Assembly (NCBI GenBank): GCA_965235115.1
Contig: OZ249451.1
Location: 14,570,001 to 14,634,000 of the forward strand
Length of the DNA stretch: 64,000 nucleotides
Source: Laetmonice hystrix
Lineage: Eukaryota
Direction: 5' to 3'
Shown here: in pieces, positions 60,258 through 64,000 of the stretch
Position numbering within the stretch: the first letter of the stretch is position 1
How the letters are laid out: each line of letters opens with the position of its first letter
Position numbers and translations under genes: made by a program
The notes under the pieces: model-generated
Seen by the model: the letters and a program-made list of their open reading frames with translations, nothing else
What the model was told of the DNA's origin: nothing
Databases searched by the model: none

Positions 60258-63200
60258 CTTTAAGGCGACCAGCAGAATGCACGAAGCGACCAGCACACAT
60301 CTCCGCAACTGGAAGCGTTTACTGGGGAGCCGTTCAGAAATCGTCCTCCAACTTGACTAATATAATCATACGGTTGAGTCTTTCCAAATCTCATTAGGTG
60401 TGTGTGGGACCTTTACGTGGGCAACAGGTGGAAATACGGGGCAGTCGGCTGGTGCCTCATCTTTCCAAAAGGTCCCTCAGTCTGCACATCCAAGGTCAAC
60501 CCAACCCAACTCCTCCAAATGAGGCCACATCTATTTAAAGGTCCGCCTGACACGCCGAGTACAAATGTTCAACGTTTATCAAATAGAAACCGACTTACTG
60601 TAGTCGGTGTCACAGTGCCAAGAAAATTATACATAAAGTACATAAAATAAAGCCTGTACACCCACGCGCACACGCACCCACTAAAACATTTTATTTCGTC
60701 TCATGAATGCTCTTTTATGTGTTTCTTCATAATCTTTCCTATCAAGTATCAAATAAGCCTGTCTTAAATAGCAGAATGTCATTAGGGTATTACATTAAGG
60801 ATGAAAACTGATGAAACTAATAAAATGAGAGCACGCTGAACTCGGCCTCTACGAAACGGAAAGGGCAATCGGCATGGTTGTATGAAACTTCTTTCATTTT
60901 GAACCGCCATCTCCTGCATCTGCTCCGAAACATAATAACCCACGAATGACATCAAATGTTGGTCGAAGTTTTAGCCGTAAACTTCTCAGGCTCTTCAGAA
61001 GAGAAAACTTGTAAAGTAAGATCACACAGATCAGGTCATTCGTCAAACGCCAGACCCTGTAGTGTAGATAGATGCGAGAGAAGAATACCAAGGTACCAGC
61101 GTCAGTACCTATATATATCATGTCGCCTTCTAAATGATATAACTAATCTTCTACCAAAGCTGTCGGCTGCCCTTCCAAAGAACGTGGATAACAGCTGTAG
61201 CCATCGGAAAGCTGGTCACGCCATTTGGGAGAGCCGCCCCACACCAGCTATTAGAGCAGCGGGTCAGACTCTCAGCTCGCCAACGTGTTATGTTTATGAT
61301 TTGCATGGCCAGAGAAGAATTCATATTAGCATGTTGTACCGTGACAAGGTCATGCATTGTAGAGGTCAGTTTTTGACTGTATTTTATAGTTTGCTCCCTG
61401 GTAAAAACGCACAGCTGCTACCCGCGGCGACAGAGGAAGGAGCTACACTGACCGCTACAGAATTATGACATGAAGCTTTCAACCACTTTCACCTCGGTTT
61501 ATGTATCTTTGCTGACATGTCTGTGTTAGTCAAATGGAATGCTATGGCCCTGTATAATGATCATAAAAAGGAAAGATCCCCGCAGGTATACACCACTGAG
61601 TATGCCCCACTGAAGACAAGACTTTCTTCCTTACACATCAGCGAAGAGTATCACTGAATAAATGTTATTTTTTCAATAAATAACTGCATCGCTACCTATT
61701 AATTTTTAACAACTTATATTGTCACCTGCGCATCGGTACAGAAAAACATTGGTAGGAGTCCGTATTAAATTAACAGTAGGTCTCTAATAAACGTAACGCA
61801 AATCGTTTATACAAAAAGAAAAAAAAGTCCTCTTTGTGTGATTCTAAATAAATTACACCGAATGCCTCTATGGATTCGAAGGCGGAATTGTAAGAAGAGA
61901 GATCTTTTGTTTTCAGTCTTAGCTGACAAGAATTATTATCCACATGTATTTGCTTTGGAAATGGATGATGTAATTTGCTGAATCTGATCCCAAATAAATA
62001 TACAAAGGGGTGCCTCCTCAATAATGACATAAACGCACTTTATTAGTCTATGTTTCAACGCATGAAAACTAATCTATCGACGAGCGATGTGGTGAGGTCT
62101 CTCAAGCGAGACAATCTTTTTTTGGCGCTCTTTTTAATGCATAGCTGATTGAACCGCTGTCTGCATACTGACAACTACAACAAACGCTCTGTTGAAGGGA
62201 CAGTCATCGACTGGCCGACGATCTAACAATGTCACCCCCAAATTGCCGTCACCCAAGGCTTTCTGCTCGGCTGTGTGTGCAGGGTTGAGGTCCATCCATT
62301 TCCCCGGATGTCTGAAGCCATGACAACCCGGACCGCCATATGAAAGCCAACTCTCCATTCTCCCACCAACAACACCGCTGGTCGGGCTCCCCTGACGCAT
62401 CGCCTCACTGGCCATCCCACGAGATGGCGCTGCGAGCGGTAATCCTTGTCACCCCGGCCAATGATCCATCTCGGGCTGACAGGATAATGCCCCTGGATTT
62501 AGAGCCCTGATTTAGACTGGCGCGGCCGACCGGCCATTCTCACCTTAATACTAGTGCTGGCCACACTAGCTATACAACAACAGATCACTACTGGATCCAC
62601 CAAGCAAACCTGGACATTTTTCTTTCTTGGTCCAGTCACATCGAGCATTAACTGCAGCCTCCGAGACTTACAAGACCGCCACTTAGTGTCAGACACATGA
62701 AATGTTTATCCCGCTGGAACAACACCAATCTGTGATGAAATATCATTCTGCAGCTTTGATAGAGGGGTGCACCACTGAAACATCTTCAGCAACCGGGACC
62801 CCAGGGTCTGCGTTCACACGCCTCATCTGGCGTTATCGAGTTCGGATTAGGCCAATGAAACAATGAGCCGACCTGAGCCAAATTAATCTGGATTACACCT
62901 TATTATGTTGTACTCGCAGTTGACATGTTCACGCTCAAAATGTAAATCAGGATTTGATATTCTACAATAATTATTATTATGTTGTAACGGAAACTAACGT
63001 AACGCCGCCGGAACTATCGCTTTATTGTGAAGTTTGTAAACATAAAATAAAGACGAACAAGTTGGTCTCATATTCTTCGATTGTTTTCATTATCCAGCCG
63101 GGTGCAATAAACTTTCACCTAAATATATATCAGTCCGCTGAGACATCCGACTCAAGTTTCCAGAAGTTTTATAATTTTGAAGGGCATTTCTTCCCCAACA

Positions 63201-64000
63201 GTGTGAAGTTATTTCAAGAAAAGCTAATATGATCATGGTTCACTTCAGCCTGTACGACGATAAATAAAATACATCCAGCACATTTTTTGTCATTATTCAG
63301 ATTTCACTAATTTATCTGCGTTTAAAATTGCGAAAATATGCAGATCCGCTCATGGTAGATGTTCTTAAAGTTTACTCTAATCCAATTATGGAGTCGGCAG
63401 TTTCTGATAAATCCTAAAACAAAGAGAACTAAAGCTGATTGTTTCAAGATTATCTCTGATGTAAAGATTAGCATTCAAGACGCGATAAATCGATTGTTTG
63501 TCTTGGCAAAGTGACGTGATTAGCACGATTGTGCGTCTCAACTGATAGTGCATCTGTCAAACTGTTTCAGCTTGTATCACTATTATGCTAATTAGCTTCA
63601 TAATCTGACTGCGGCACAGCTATCCAGGGCGTCTCATCTTTAAGGCCCTGTTTACTAATTCTTTCATCTTTAACACCAACCTCACTGGGATAAAATAATG
63701 GCTCTTTTACTGGCAAATTAATATTTAATGAAGATCCATCGACTGCTGCCAGACCAATTGACTTCAACATTCTCAGGATTGTGTAAAATACTTTCTGACA
63801 ACATGAACTGGGGAAGAAACCAATCGTAGAGACACATATGTGGACCACCCGTATACACGCTCAGTCTTCGCAATCCAATCTGGTCTTCTTGTACTAAATA
63901 TAATCAAAAATCTGACATATTAACTCCTACACTTCTCTTGATAATACAAAACCAGTATTTGCCGCCGTCCTTTTATGCCATAGCGACTTTGCTCACAAAT

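Noticed and set aside
59348-61680. Possible plus-strand gene (MEPGAGPEEPP… first exon at 59348-59416; last exon from ~61415 with AATAAA at 61657 and 61675)
   Set aside because: Several frames are open, no phase-consistent chain could be built, and it conflicts with a better minus-strand exon at 60201-60257.
63588-63812. Minus-strand ORF after a strong acceptor (tttcttccccag)
   Set aside because: It could be a terminal exon of a gene beyond the window edge, but no motif is recognised and no partner exon is visible.

Overview
This is metazoan nuclear DNA, not prokaryotic or organellar. It has no long ORFs, but it has GT-AG splice signals, CTCF-, RFX- and YY1-like motifs and many minisatellites. 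The style suggests a marine invertebrate bilaterian such as amphioxus, but that is inference. None of the supplied ORFs is a recognisable gene, and several are just translations of tandem repeats. Directly visible: (i) about 13 tandem arrays with 19-78 bp units, together roughly 7.8 kb (~12% of the window); (ii) three short non-autonomous DNA transposons: a 127-bp Harbinger-like MITE with a CTG target duplication inside the first minisatellite, a 108-bp Harbinger-like MITE at 25746, and a 528-bp TTAA-flanked Kolobok-like element; (iii) a shared CTGATTGG...CCAATCAG core linking the 25746 MITE to the tandem arrays at ~10.6 kb and ~33.2 kb, suggesting MITE-seeded minisatellites; (iv) palindromic structures at 26.4 kb, 52.9 kb and 56.5 kb; (v) hand-assembled, phase-compatible short exons for a minus-strand gene (3' end at ~5.2 kb, perhaps starting near 27.3 kb) and a plus-strand gene starting at 38208. 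I cannot name either gene. No rRNA, tRNA, CRISPR array or intact transposase was found.
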